64,000 bases of DNA from an uncultured delta proteobacterium (lineage in GTDB: Bacteria > Desulfobacterota > Binatia > Binatales > Binataceae): contig CAVWLM010000006.1 of the NCBI GenBank assembly GCA_963755905.1, forward strand, positions 538,559-602,558, read 5' to 3'. Numbering within the stretch: the first letter of the stretch is position 1; each line of letters begins with the position of its first letter. Shown here one piece after another: positions 53,547 to 64,000 of this stretch. The notes beneath the pieces are model-generated. The model made no database searches, was not told the origin of the DNA, and was given only the letters and a program-made list of their open reading frames with translations. The position numbers were made by a program, and so were the translations under genes.

Positions 53547-54806
53547 GTGAGCGACGCCCAGGTCGACAAGGTCGAGAACGCGATCCGCCGGCTGATTGGC
53601 CCCGCGGGCGTGCGCCCGCCACGCGGGCGCGAAGCTCTGGCGGCGCGGATAATCGCCGAGCCCCGCGACGGCGACGAAATCGCCGCGATCGTACGCCGAT
53701 GCGAAACCGGCCGCATCGCGCTCGCGCCGCTCGGCGCGGCGCGCACGCTTGGCGAGATTCGCCGCGCGCCCGCGACCCTCGGCATCTCGCTCGCGCGCAT
53801 GGACCGCCTAGTGGCCTACGAGCCCGAGGACATGACCGTGATAGCCGAGGCCGGGATCACGCTAGGCGCGCTCAATCAGCGCCTGGCGGAGCATGGACAG
53901 CGTCTGCCGCTCGATCCGGCCAATCCCGGCGCAGCCACGATCGGCGCGCTGATTGGCGCGGCGCACGCGGGCCCGCTCAGACTTTCCGAGGGCACGCCGC
54001 GCGATTTGCTTATCGGGGTGCGCTTCGTCGGGCACGAGGGGCGCGCGGTGCACGGGGGCGGACGGGTGGTCAAGAATGTCGCCGGCTATGATTTGATGAA
54101 GGTGATGACAGGATCGTTCGGAACGCTCGGAATAATAACGGAAGCGGCTTTCAAGCTGCGGCCGATAGCTGAAGGCTACACGATAGGGATCGCGCCGTTT
54201 GGGCGCGCAGCCGACGCGTTCGGCGCGGCGCACAAGCTCTACGACGCATTACCCCTGGTGCACGCCGAAGTGCTGAGCCCGGTGCTCGCCGCCCGCTTCG
54301 GCCATCCGGACGGATTTTTGCTGCTGGCGGCGATCGCCGGCAGCGCCTCCGAGTTGGATTATCAACGCGCCCATTTCGGCGGGATCGCGAGCGCGGTCTT
54401 CATCGATGGCGCGCAAGCCGTCGAGACCCACCGGCAATTGCGCGACCTCGAGTTCGCGCCCGCCACGCTCGCGGCCCAGCTCGCCACCGCGCCGGCGGAG
54501 CTCGATCGATGCGTCGAGGCCACGGGCGCGGAGTTCCGCGCGCACGCGGCCTGCGGCGTCGCCCAAATCTTCATCGATGGTGAACTCGAACCGGAAAAGG
54601 CGCGTGCGACGCTCGCACGATGGCGGCTCGCGGCGCACGCCGCGCATGGTCATCTGCGGCTGCTCGCGGCCGCCCCGGAGCTGCGGCCGCATCTGGATTT
54701 TTTCGACGAGCCGCCGGCGGGAGCGTTCAAGCTGATGCGCCGGCTCAAGACCGCGTTCGATCCGGCGGGAGTTTTCAACCCCGGATGTTTCGTCGGGGGA
54801 CTTTGA
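53547..54806 (+). CDS. glcE: Glycolate oxidase FAD-binding subunit GlcE
   Basis: FAD-binding PCMH-type domain; GTG start 3 nt after the glcD stop. Confidence 0.75.
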   Translation: MSDAQVDKVENAIRRLIGPAGVRPPRGREALAARIIAEPRDGDEIAAIVRRCETGRIALAPLGAARTLGEIRRAPATLGISLARMDRLVAYEPEDMTVIAEAGITLGALNQRLAEHGQRLPLDPANPGAATIGALIGAAHAGPLRLSEGTPRDLLIGVRFVGHEGRAVHGGGRVVKNVAGYDLMKVMTGSFGTLGIITEAAFKLRPIAEGYTIGIAPFGRAADAFGAAHKLYDALPLVHAEVLSPVLAARFGHPDGFLLLAAIAGSASELDYQRAHFGGIASAVFIDGAQAVETHRQLRDLEFAPATLAAQLATAPAELDRCVEATGAEFRAHAACGVAQIFIDGELEPEKARATLARWRLAAHAAHGHLRLLAAAPELRPHLDFFDEPPAGAFKLMRRLKTAFDPAGVFNPGCFVGGL

Positions 54807-56104
54807 TGGCGGATATCGGGAAATCGGAACCGATCGCGGCGGCGCGTCCCGGCCCGATAAGCGACGTAGTCGAGTACGATCTGCTGTTCGACTGCGTGCA
54901 CTGCGGCCTCTGCCTCGAGTCGTGCCCAACCTACCTGGTGACGCGGTCCGAGATGGATTCGCCGCGCGGCCGGATTTACCTGATGAAATCGCTCGCCGAG
55001 GGGCGGATGATGCTCGACGACGATGTCGTGCGCCATCTCGACTCGTGCCTTGGCTGCCGCGGATGCGAGACCGCCTGTCCTTCCGGCGTTCACTATGGGC
55101 GGCTCCTGGAGCGGGCGCGCAACTTCGTCGATCGGAACCATCGGCGCGGATTCTTCGACGCCCTGCGGCACGCTGCCGTCCGTTTCATATTTCCGTATCC
55201 AATGCGGCTCCGGCTGATGCTGTGGCCGTTGCGCGTCAGCGAGCGGCTCAAGCTGCGCGGCGCGGTTCGCAGCGTCCTGCCGGGCGCGCTGCGCGAATGG
55301 ATCGACCTGGTGCCGGAGCTGACCCGGGCCTCGCCCGTCTATCCCGATACGGCAACACCGAACTCCAGCGGCCCCATTGCGGTAGTGCATCACGGATGCG
55401 TCGCGGAGGTGCTGACGCCTTCGGAGAATCGCAACACGGAGCGCGCGCTTCAGGCGGCTGGTTATCAAGTCGCGCAACTCTCGCCGACAGTCTGCTGCGG
55501 CGCGCTCGACCTGCACGACGGCAATCTGCCGCGGGGACTCGAGTTCGTGCGCCGCAATGTGCGAGCGATCAAACGTTCCGGCGCCCAAGCGATAGTTTCG
55601 GCGGCGTCCGGATGCGCCGCGGCGATAGCGTCGTACGGCGAACTATTGAAGGATGACCCGGAGTTGGCCGCCGATGCGCGCGAAGTCTCGGCGCGCGCGA
55701 CCGATCTGAGCACGCTGTTGCTTGCACGCGGAAAAACACCCGCGGGCCGGCTCGAATGCGTCGTGACCTATCACGACTCGTGCCATCTTGTGCACGGGAT
55801 GGGCGTGCGCGAAGGGCCACGCAAACTTCTGGCCTCGATCCCAGGTGTGCGATTGGTCGAAATGGCGGAGTCCGACCTGTGTTGCGGATCGGCTGGGAGC
55901 TACAACCTGCTCGAAACCGCGATGGCGCATCAACTGGCGCGGCGCAAGGCCGATAATATCGAAGCTACCGGCGCGGACTACGTGGTGTTGGGCAATCCCG
56001 GCTGCGAATTCCAGATAGCGGAGGAGTTACGCCGGCGTAACTCTCGTATCAGAGTGATCCATCTGGCGGATTTTCTCGCGCTGGTGGCAAGCTCCGGCAA
56101 GTAG
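54806..56104 (+). CDS. glcF: Glycolate oxidase iron-sulfur subunit GlcF
   Basis: Two 4Fe-4S cysteine motifs (CVHCGLCLESCP; CLGCRGCETACP) and two CCG domains; the ATG overlaps the glcE TGA (ATGA). Confidence 0.8.
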   Translation: MADIGKSEPIAAARPGPISDVVEYDLLFDCVHCGLCLESCPTYLVTRSEMDSPRGRIYLMKSLAEGRMMLDDDVVRHLDSCLGCRGCETACPSGVHYGRLLERARNFVDRNHRRGFFDALRHAAVRFIFPYPMRLRLMLWPLRVSERLKLRGAVRSVLPGALREWIDLVPELTRASPVYPDTATPNSSGPIAVVHHGCVAEVLTPSENRNTERALQAAGYQVAQLSPTVCCGALDLHDGNLPRGLEFVRRNVRAIKRSGAQAIVSAASGCAAAIASYGELLKDDPELAADAREVSARATDLSTLLLARGKTPAGRLECVVTYHDSCHLVHGMGVREGPRKLLASIPGVRLVEMAESDLCCGSAGSYNLLETAMAHQLARRKADNIEATGADYVVLGNPGCEFQIAEELRRRNSRIRVIHLADFLALVASSGK

Positions 56105-56600
56105 ATCAGCTTTCCTGGCCGGCAGGAGAACTTGCCAAGGTAAGCGTCTCCGTTATGGCGGTAGCGAGTCTGTCTCCTCCTGTCATCCTGAGCGTCAGCG
56201 AAGGATCTACGCGAAGCGATGAATCTTCTTTGCCGGACTGGCCGGAGGTACTGATAAAAGCGAGCGGAGAGGAGCGAGCCGTCAGACGGGCCCGCGCCGG
56301 GAAATCTTAATTGCGGCGAAATCCTAATTACGGAAATCTTGGCTACGAAGGATCGAGATCGATAATCTGACCGGGCTGCGGTCCGGGAACCATGTCGGCG
56401 AGGTCGGCGTCCTTATCTTTTGGCGCTCCGGGAGTCTGCCGCTCGTTCACGCGTTTGACCCGGCGCTGTTCTTTGTCCTGCTGCTTTTGCCTGCGAAGCT
56501 GTTCTCTTCGGCGTTTTTCCAAGTGGTCGCCCCTGCCGTACAGCCGACGTCATGGGCTCACGCGAGCAGCCGGTGCCGTCGGGCTCGGAAATTGTGTGCG

Positions 56601-56640
56601 GTAAAAGACAAACGGGGGCGGGGCTCGGCCCGCCCCCGTT
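56601..56640 (-). terminator. Rho-independent terminator for the RRM-protein gene (12-bp GC stem AACGGGGGCGGG / CCCGCCCCCGTT plus a T-rich tract)
   Basis: Perfect palindrome 56611..56640; the minus-strand downstream sequence is TTTGTCTTTT. Confidence 0.5.
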
Positions 56641-56651
56641 ATGATCGACTG

Positions 56652-56981
56652 TTACCAGCGATCGCGACCGCGATTTCCGCCGCCGCCGCCACCGCCCCGG
56701 TTGCCGCCGCCGCCGCCACCGCCGAAGCTCGACTCACGAGGCTTGGCCTCGTTGACCTTGATGTTGCGGCCCTTCAGTTCAGTCTCGTTGAACTGCTGAA
56801 TAGCCTTGGCAGCATCATCCGCACTAGCCATCTCGACAAAACCGAAACCCTTTGACTGGCCCGAAAACTTGTCGGTGATGATCGCGACGCTCTGCACTTG
56901 TCCCACTTGTGAAAAAAGTTGCTGCAGATCGTCATTGGTTACCGCGTAGGCCAGATTGCCTACGTACAATTTGCTGGGCAT
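56652..56981 (-). CDS. Glycine-rich RNA-binding protein (RRM/RNP-1 domain)
   Basis: RNP-2 LYVGNL and RNP-1 KGFGFVEM; GGGGGGNRGGGGGGGNRGRDRW tail; Shine-Dalgarno GGAGGG upstream of the ATG at 56981. Confidence 0.8.
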   Translation of the reverse strand: MPSKLYVGNLAYAVTNDDLQQLFSQVGQVQSVAIITDKFSGQSKGFGFVEMASADDAAKAIQQFNETELKGRNIKVNEAKPRESSFGGGGGGGNRGGGGGGGNRGRDRW

Positions 56982-57142
56982 CAATTGCCCTCCGTTGGTA
57001 TTTGTCGGGAAGCTCTCGAACAGAGAACCCGGGCTAATTCCCGGGAGGTTGATAGGGAACACTCCGACCGTTACAAGTTAAAACTGTATGCTTTTCTGCT
57101 ACGCAATGGAAGGGCCTCTAATACCCGGGTCGTCAGGAGACG

Positions 57143-58330
57143 CTATGGGTTGCGCGTGACCACGATTCCGCTGCCGCGCATCATCGGCGATCCGTCGAGC
57201 GCGCATACCGCCGCCGCGCCCGGAATTTGCCGCCGTTCCGCGCGGTCAGTCACCTGGAACACCGCCTCGGCAATGTGTCCCATCCCGTGCAATCGCCCTT
57301 CGCTCAGGCTACCGCCGAACGTGTTCACCGGCAGTTCGCCCTCGAGCGCGATACGGCCGTCCTGGATGAACGCATAGGCCTCGCCCCGCTTGCAGAAACC
57401 GGCCGCCTCCAGCCAGTAGAGCGTGGACGGGCTGAAGCCGTCGTACAACTGCGCGGCGTCCATGTCGGCCGGGCCGAGTCCCGCCGACGACCAGAGCTTG
57501 TTCGCCAGCGATTGTCCGTTGGTGACGTAGTCGTCGAACGTATAGTAGAGCAGGGTCTGCCGGCTGACGGTATTCTGGCCGTGCCCGGCGATGTAGGCCG
57601 GCGGACGGCGCAGATCGCGCGCGCGCTCGGCGCTGGTCATCACCAGCGCCACGCAGCCTTCCACTGGCACGTCGCAATCGAACAGGCAGAACGGCTCGGC
57701 GATTGGCCGCGCGGCGAAGTAGTCGTCGCGGGTCATCGGCTTGGTATAAAAGAACGCGCGCGGATTGAGATTGGCGTTGCGCCGCGAATTCACTACGAAG
57801 GTGCTGAGATGCTCGCGGGTGGCGCCGTACTGATGCATGTATCGCCGCCACGCCATCGCATGCGACTGGATCACGCCGACGCATCCGTAGGGCGCGAGGA
57901 ACTGCGCGTCACCCGCGGCTCGCGCGCCGCTGAACGCTCCGTAGCTGCGCGGCTGATGCAGCGCGCGCCAGATGAGCACGTAATCGCATGCGCCGGCGAT
58001 CAGCGCGTGCACGCCCTCGATCACCGGGGCGGCGATCATCCCGGTCTCGATCTGCGCGTACCATCGGATGTCGGGCGCGAGCGCGAGATGGTTGATGATC
58101 CAGGCGACGCTGACGATATCCACGCCGTCGCGCGTGCCCGCGCCGAGAAACGGCGCTTCGGGATAAGTCGCGAGTCCGTCGATCTGCTGCGGGGTCAGTC
58201 CGGCATCGGCGATCGCTTCGCGGCACGCGTCGAGCGCGAGCAATCCCAGCGGCCGCTTGGACTGGCGCACCAGCTCCGAATAACCGATCCCGACGATCGC
58301 GGTCTTGCCCTTGCCGTGCCACTTCGCCAC
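57143..58330 (-). CDS. Thiolase-like lipid-transfer (SCP-x type) protein
   Basis: 395 aa; thiolase-fold C-terminus; paired with the DUF35 gene. Confidence 0.7.
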   Translation of the reverse strand: MAKWHGKGKTAIVGIGYSELVRQSKRPLGLLALDACREAIADAGLTPQQIDGLATYPEAPFLGAGTRDGVDIVSVAWIINHLALAPDIRWYAQIETGMIAAPVIEGVHALIAGACDYVLIWRALHQPRSYGAFSGARAAGDAQFLAPYGCVGVIQSHAMAWRRYMHQYGATREHLSTFVVNSRRNANLNPRAFFYTKPMTRDDYFAARPIAEPFCLFDCDVPVEGCVALVMTSAERARDLRRPPAYIAGHGQNTVSRQTLLYYTFDDYVTNGQSLANKLWSSAGLGPADMDAAQLYDGFSPSTLYWLEAAGFCKRGEAYAFIQDGRIALEGELPVNTFGGSLSEGRLHGMGHIAEAVFQVTDRAERRQIPGAAAVCALDGSPMMRGSGIVVTRNP

Positions 58331-58346
58331 GCCATTCTCCTCCGCT

Positions 58347-58823
58347 TCAGACCGGCCTGAATTGCGCGAGCACCAGGCCTGGACCGCGCTCTTCGAACCA
58401 GGCCTCGACGCGGCCGCCGATTTGTATTTTGTCCAATTCCGTGCGCGGCAGGTTGGAAACCATGAAGAGCATCGGCTGCTCTTCCAGTTCGACCACGATA
58501 TTGACGTAGGGAACCTCGCCTTCGAAACCGGCGACGCTCGGCTGATGCATCACGGTGAAGCTGTAGATTGTTCCGCGGCCGGAGACCGGCGCGAACTCCA
58601 GGCGCTGCGAGGAACAGCGGTCGCAACTGGGGCGCGGCGGATGATTGTAGTATCCGCACTCGGCGCATCGCTGCACCGCGAGCCGGCGCTCCTTCACCGC
58701 GTCCCAGAAAGGCTGCGAGAGTTCGTCGGCAACGGGAACCGGTTTTTCGCTACGGGCCGCCATCAAATCGTCTCTTTCGCGAGGCCGCGCTAGAGTGCGG
58801 CAATCACGCATCGTTTTCAACAC
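58347..58823 (-). CDS. Zn-ribbon/OB-fold protein (DUF35), partner of the SCP-x thiolase
   Basis: CAECGYYNHPPRPSCDRC zinc ribbon followed by an OB fold. Confidence 0.7.
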   Translation of the reverse strand: MLKTMRDCRTLARPRERDDLMAARSEKPVPVADELSQPFWDAVKERRLAVQRCAECGYYNHPPRPSCDRCSSQRLEFAPVSGRGTIYSFTVMHQPSVAGFEGEVPYVNIVVELEEQPMLFMVSNLPRTELDKIQIGGRVEAWFEERGPGLVLAQFRPV

Positions 58824-58877
58824 CGTTTCCTATATCAGGCAATACGGTTTTCTATATCAGGTTTGACGGCGCGAGTG

Positions 58878-60053
58878 TCAGCGCCGGGCAACGCCAACCG
58901 TGTCGCAGCAGTCCACCGCCACGACGGTCGCGCTCGACGCAGGAAAATATCTCAGCCGCGCCCATAGCGCCACATTCACCAGGCCGATCATCACCGGGAC
59001 TTCGATCAGCGGTCCGATCACGGCGGCAAACGCCGCGCCACTGTCGATCCCGAAGGTCGCGACTGCGACGGCGATCGCGAGTTCGAAGTTGTTCGATGCC
59101 GCGGTGAACGAGAGCGTCGCCGTCTGTGGGTAGGTCGCCCCAGCTTTGAGGCTCAGGAAAAATGACAGCGCGAACATGATCGCGAAGTAGAGGATCAGGG
59201 GAATCGCGATGCGCACCACGTCGAGCGGCAGATGCACGATCGCGGCACCTTTGATCGAGAACATCACGACGATCGTGAAGAGCAGAAAAATCAGGGTCAG
59301 CGGGCTGATTTTTGGCACGAAATGATCGCGATACCAGGCCTTCCCCTTGAGCCCCGCCAGAACCTTCCAGGTAATAAAGCCCGCGGCGAACGGAATCCCC
59401 AGATAGATTCCGACGCTTTCCGCGATCTCGCCGATCGTGATGTGGACGACGGTTCCGCCAAGGCCGAGCCATCGCGGAATAACCGTGATGAAGACGAACG
59501 CGTAGATCGAAAAGAACAGCACCTGGAAAACCGAGTTGAACGCGACCAGACCCGCGCAATAGTCGTTGTCGCCGGCGGCGAGGTCGTTCCACACGACCAC
59601 CATCGCGATACAACGTGCCAGGCCGATCATGATGAGCCCCACCATGTATTCCGGCCGGTCGCGCAGGAAGATAACCGCGAGCACGAACATCAGGATCGGC
59701 CCGATGATCCAGTTTTGCACCAGTGAGAGGCCGAGAATCTTCCAGTTGCGGAATACGTCGCCCAGTTCGTCGTAATTCACTTTCGCCAGCGGCGGATACA
59801 TCATCAGGATCAGTCCCACGGCGATCGGGATCGAAGTCGTGCCGACGCTGAGCCGGCCGAAGGCCGCTCGAACGCCGGGCCACGCGTAGCCCAGCGCCAC
59901 GCCGCCCGCCATCGCGAGAAAGATCCAGAGCGTGAGAAAGCGATCGAGAAAGGCAAGACGTCCAGCCGTCAGGCTCGGCGCTGGATCGGATTGGCTGGCA
60001 TTGCCGCTCTCGCTGCCTATCGATGCCGCGTCTCGCAACATGAACTCTGCCAT
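58878..60053 (-). CDS. acr3: Arsenite efflux transporter, ACR3 family
   Basis: 10-TM ACR3 signature (...[17 protein letters not shown]...). Confidence 0.85.
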   Translation of the reverse strand: MAEFMLRDAASIGSESGNASQSDPAPSLTAGRLAFLDRFLTLWIFLAMAGGVALGYAWPGVRAAFGRLSVGTTSIPIAVGLILMMYPPLAKVNYDELGDVFRNWKILGLSLVQNWIIGPILMFVLAVIFLRDRPEYMVGLIMIGLARCIAMVVVWNDLAAGDNDYCAGLVAFNSVFQVLFFSIYAFVFITVIPRWLGLGGTVVHITIGEIAESVGIYLGIPFAAGFITWKVLAGLKGKAWYRDHFVPKISPLTLIFLLFTIVVMFSIKGAAIVHLPLDVVRIAIPLILYFAIMFALSFFLSLKAGATYPQTATLSFTAASNNFELAIAVAVATFGIDSGAAFAAVIGPLIEVPVMIGLVNVALWARLRYFPASSATVVAVDCCDTVGVARR

Positions 60054-60056
60054 TGC

Positions 60057-60602
60057 TTATCGCTCCCGGTCGTGGTCGCTTGTGACGGTCGCGCGGGTTT
60101 CTCCGATTTCCGCCGCTCGCCGCGCGATACCGTCGCGGTCGAGCGAATCGATCGGCAGGCTGATGAAGCGCCTGATGAGATCCTCGAGTTCGAGGTAAGC
60201 GCGCTGGAAGGCCGCGCGGCGGCTTTCCTCGGGACCCGCGAATGCGGCGGGATCCTCAATGCTCCAATGCGCGGTGATCGGCTGGCCCGGCCAAAAAGGA
60301 CACACTTCGCCTGCCGCGTTATCGCAAACGGTTAAGACGAAATCGAGGCGCGGACTATCCGGCTCAGCAAATTCGTCCCAGCTCTTGCTGCGGAGGCAAG
60401 CCGTCTCATAGCCATGCTGGCGTAGGAACGCGAGCGCCATTGGATGGATCTCGCCCCGGGGATGGCTCCCTGCACTGAATCCCTTGAAGCGTTCCTTGCC
60501 CCAGCGGTTGAGCAGGCACTCGGCCATGATACTGCGCGCCGAGTTTCCGGTGCACAAAAACAGAACGTTGAATCTACGACTAGGTACGGCGCATTCAGGC
60601 AT
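60057..60602 (-). CDS. arsC: Arsenate reductase (LMW-PTP family, thioredoxin-coupled)
   Basis: P-loop CTGNSARS; second Cys region VCDNAAGEVCP. Confidence 0.85.
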   Translation of the reverse strand: MPECAVPSRRFNVLFLCTGNSARSIMAECLLNRWGKERFKGFSAGSHPRGEIHPMALAFLRQHGYETACLRSKSWDEFAEPDSPRLDFVLTVCDNAAGEVCPFWPGQPITAHWSIEDPAAFAGPEESRRAAFQRAYLELEDLIRRFISLPIDSLDRDGIARRAAEIGETRATVTSDHDRER

Positions 60603-60993
60603 CGCGCGATTTCCCTTTGGCCGCCGCTTTGCGGAGTTGGCGCCTAGGTGTGGCGATTTCCACCGTCGCCGCAGCCGGCGTGCAAGCGGCCGGCGCGCAT
60701 AGCTCGGGCCGCCCGCCGCAACAATTCTCGGTCAGGTAAGCCAGCAGACCGGTCATCGCTTTGAAATTGGCGCTGTAAATGATCGAACGGCTGGCGCGCC
60801 GCGACGTCACGAGGCCGGCGAAGCGGAGTTGGTTCAGATGAAATGAGAGCGTGGGCGCCGGCAGTCCCAGGCGTTCGGCGATCTCGCCCGCCGCGAGTCC
60901 ATCGGGGCCCTGCTGGACCAGCCGGCGAAAGATCTCCAGGCGGGTTTCCTGGGCCAGCGCGCCAAGCGCCGCGACCGCGGTTGATATTTTCAT
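60595..60993 (-). CDS. arsR: ArsR-family metalloregulator with a C-terminal Cys cluster (CC...C)
   Basis: wHTH with ETRLEIFRRL; C-terminal ENCCGGRPELC; the ATG at 60993 is preferred over the track start at 61092. Confidence 0.8.
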   Translation of the reverse strand: MKISTAVAALGALAQETRLEIFRRLVQQGPDGLAAGEIAERLGLPAPTLSFHLNQLRFAGLVTSRRASRSIIYSANFKAMTGLLAYLTENCCGGRPELCAPAACTPAAATVEIATPRRQLRKAAAKGKSRDA

Positions 60994-61040
60994 ATTTTCA
61001 CATATATGGAAATGTGATGATATGGTCAACTGACGCAAGC
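60994..61040 (-). promoter_or_regulatory. Putative arsR promoter/operator: TTGACC -35 box, inverted repeat TCACATTTCCATATATGTGA
   Basis: Perfect 6-bp inverted repeat TCACAT/ATGTGA spanning the -10 region, immediately upstream of arsR; divergent from the arsM remnant. Confidence 0.45.
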
Positions 61041-61091
61041 ACCGCGGACCTGGAACAGCCACCCGCACGGCGGTATTGGAGCGAATCGGCA

Positions 61092-61285
61092 ATGAGCGAC
61101 CGCTCGATTAAAGAACAGGTCAGGGAAAACTACGCGCGCGCCGCGCGGCGGGTCTCGGGCCAGGACGGCGGCTGCTGCGGCACTGCCCCTGTGGCAATCC
61201 AATCAGCTCGAATCTGTATGCCGAAAGCGAAAGATCGACGCTGCCGGCCGAGGCGGTTGCCGCGTCGCTCGGATGCGGCAATCCG
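61092..61285 (+). pseudogene. arsM: N-terminal remnant (about 65 codons, one frameshift) of the arsenite S-adenosylmethionine methyltransferase ArsM
   Basis: MSDRSIKEQVRENYARAA...GGCCG in frame 0, then ...NPISSNLYAESERSTLPAEAVAASLGCGNP in frame -1; homology ends abruptly after GCGNP. Confidence 0.55.
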
Positions 61286-61399
61286 CACTATCCAAGCCAC
61301 CGTTCAAAGGTGTTTAAATGGCTGGCTCGGCTAGCGTCTTTTGCCACACGCCGAGCCGCAGGAACGCCCTTTCATGCGACGCCGGTCTCGGGCATCACG

Positions 61400-62014
61400 T
61401 CAGACATGGCCAGCGGCATCCTGGTTAGCTGTCAGCTTCTGACCCACAGCTCCCGCAGCCCCCGGGTCTGCTAACGGACAGACTTTTCCGATGTCATCGA
61501 GACCTAGCGCCGCGGACAATCGTCCCCAGCCCACAAAGATCGCGATCCGCCAGCCTAATGCCAAAATCTCCGGCTCGGAAAAATGCTGGCGCAATTCGTC
61601 GAACAAATCCTGCGAGATCTGTTTGTGGTCACCTGCCATCATTTCGGCAAAATGCAGCGCTGCCTTCTCGCGTGGAGTAAACAGCGGACTGTCCTGATAT
61701 TGAGGAAGAGCCGCCAACATCTCGTCCGTTAACCCTTGTTCCCTCGCCGACGGATAAACCAGGCGAATGCACAGTTGGCATTGGTTCTTTTCGGCCACTA
61801 CATGGCGCATTAATTCGGTCAATTTGAGGCTGATTCCGCCGCGATCAGTCATGAGGTATTCGTAATAGAAGCGGACGAAGGGTACGAAGATGTCGGGGGC
61901 GTGCGCATAGGCCTGAACCCACTCTGATCCTCCGGCTATCGCATCACTGGTCCTGACAATCGCACGCATATCCTCGTTCATATCTTCAAAGGGAACCGGA
62001 CTGATTCGCAACAT
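61400..62014 (-). CDS. Carboxymuconolactone decarboxylase (AhpD-like) family protein
   Basis: CxxC-containing CMD core (NQCQLC); lower-GC segment. Confidence 0.65.
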   Translation of the reverse strand: MLRISPVPFEDMNEDMRAIVRTSDAIAGGSEWVQAYAHAPDIFVPFVRFYYEYLMTDRGGISLKLTELMRHVVAEKNQCQLCIRLVYPSAREQGLTDEMLAALPQYQDSPLFTPREKAALHFAEMMAGDHKQISQDLFDELRQHFSEPEILALGWRIAIFVGWGRLSAALGLDDIGKVCPLADPGAAGAVGQKLTANQDAAGHV

Positions 62015-62303
62015 AGAGACTCCCCTGCACGTTAAGTTTTTCTGATGCGCGTCACAATTCCAAATAATGTCTCAGTGGCGGCGGAAGCTAGCATGACCGC
62101 GGGATTCCAGCAAATCGCCAGGGCTGCGAAGCGGGGCATTCTGATGCGCCTGTCAGGGTGATTATTCGCGTTCGCGGGGCGCGCTGTGGAGCAAAATCCC
62201 GGCGCCAAATTGACATCATGGGGTGCCGGCGGTTACTAATTATTGTGCGGTCGTTCTCAGATTTCCCCGGTTCTAAAAAACAGTCCGCCCCGGAGTCGCC
62301 TCG

Positions 62304-64000
<1,697 letters not shown>

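Noticed and set aside
56392-56604. 70-aa plus-strand ORF in the glcF-rbp spacer
   Set aside because: Cys/Ser/Arg/Leu-rich sequence, typical of the antisense of a charged coding region; no Shine-Dalgarno sequence; the opposite-strand small ORF is more plausible (see finding)
57227-58360. 377-aa plus-strand ORF antisense to the thiolase-like gene
   Set aside because: Shadow ORF; the thiolase frame has the family-typical sequence

Overview
High-GC (roughly 65-70%) bacterial chromosomal segment. Taxon cannot be assigned from sequence alone. It carries about 55 protein-coding genes, two tRNAs (tRNA-Met CAT on the minus strand, tRNA-Gln TTG on the plus strand) and no rRNA or CRISPR array. The conserved backbone includes a C-terminal alcohol-dehydrogenase fragment, two amidase-signature amidases, RidA, MeaB, ispE-[hicAB]-tRNA-Gln-prs-rplY-dnaE, trxB, moaC, rlmI, a dpp/opp-like ABC permease set, rdgB-ddl-guaB, a hybrid sensor kinase, an AGXT-family aminotransferase, glcDEF, an RRM RNA-binding protein, a DUF35/SCP-x thiolase pair, an arsR-arsC-acr3 operon, kdsB and the start of pyrG. 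Accessory or unusual content: (i) a roughly 2.4 kb low-GC insertion downstream of the second amidase gene, delimited by a diverged 139-bp duplicate of the amidase 3' end. It is subdivided by three copies of a 25-nt core into two cassettes, one carrying an orphan TcmP-like/methyltransferase-like gene and one carrying a higA plus frameshifted-higB module. (ii) A hicAB toxin-antitoxin pair inserted between ispE and tRNA-Gln. (iii) A 31-codon extremely Lys-rich ORF with a perfect Shine-Dalgarno sequence and a textbook terminator. (iv) An arsM N-terminal remnant truncated by a low-GC AhpD-like gene. (v) A 0.5 kb non-coding convergent spacer with a triple tandem repeat and a candidate small ORF. (vi) A striking cluster of single-base frameshifts in conserved and even essential genes (oligopeptide SBP, class-V aminotransferase, rdgB, ddl, guaB, arsM, higB). 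That cluster most likely reflects assembly indels rather than biology. Many track ORFs are antisense shadow ORFs of real genes and are rejected.
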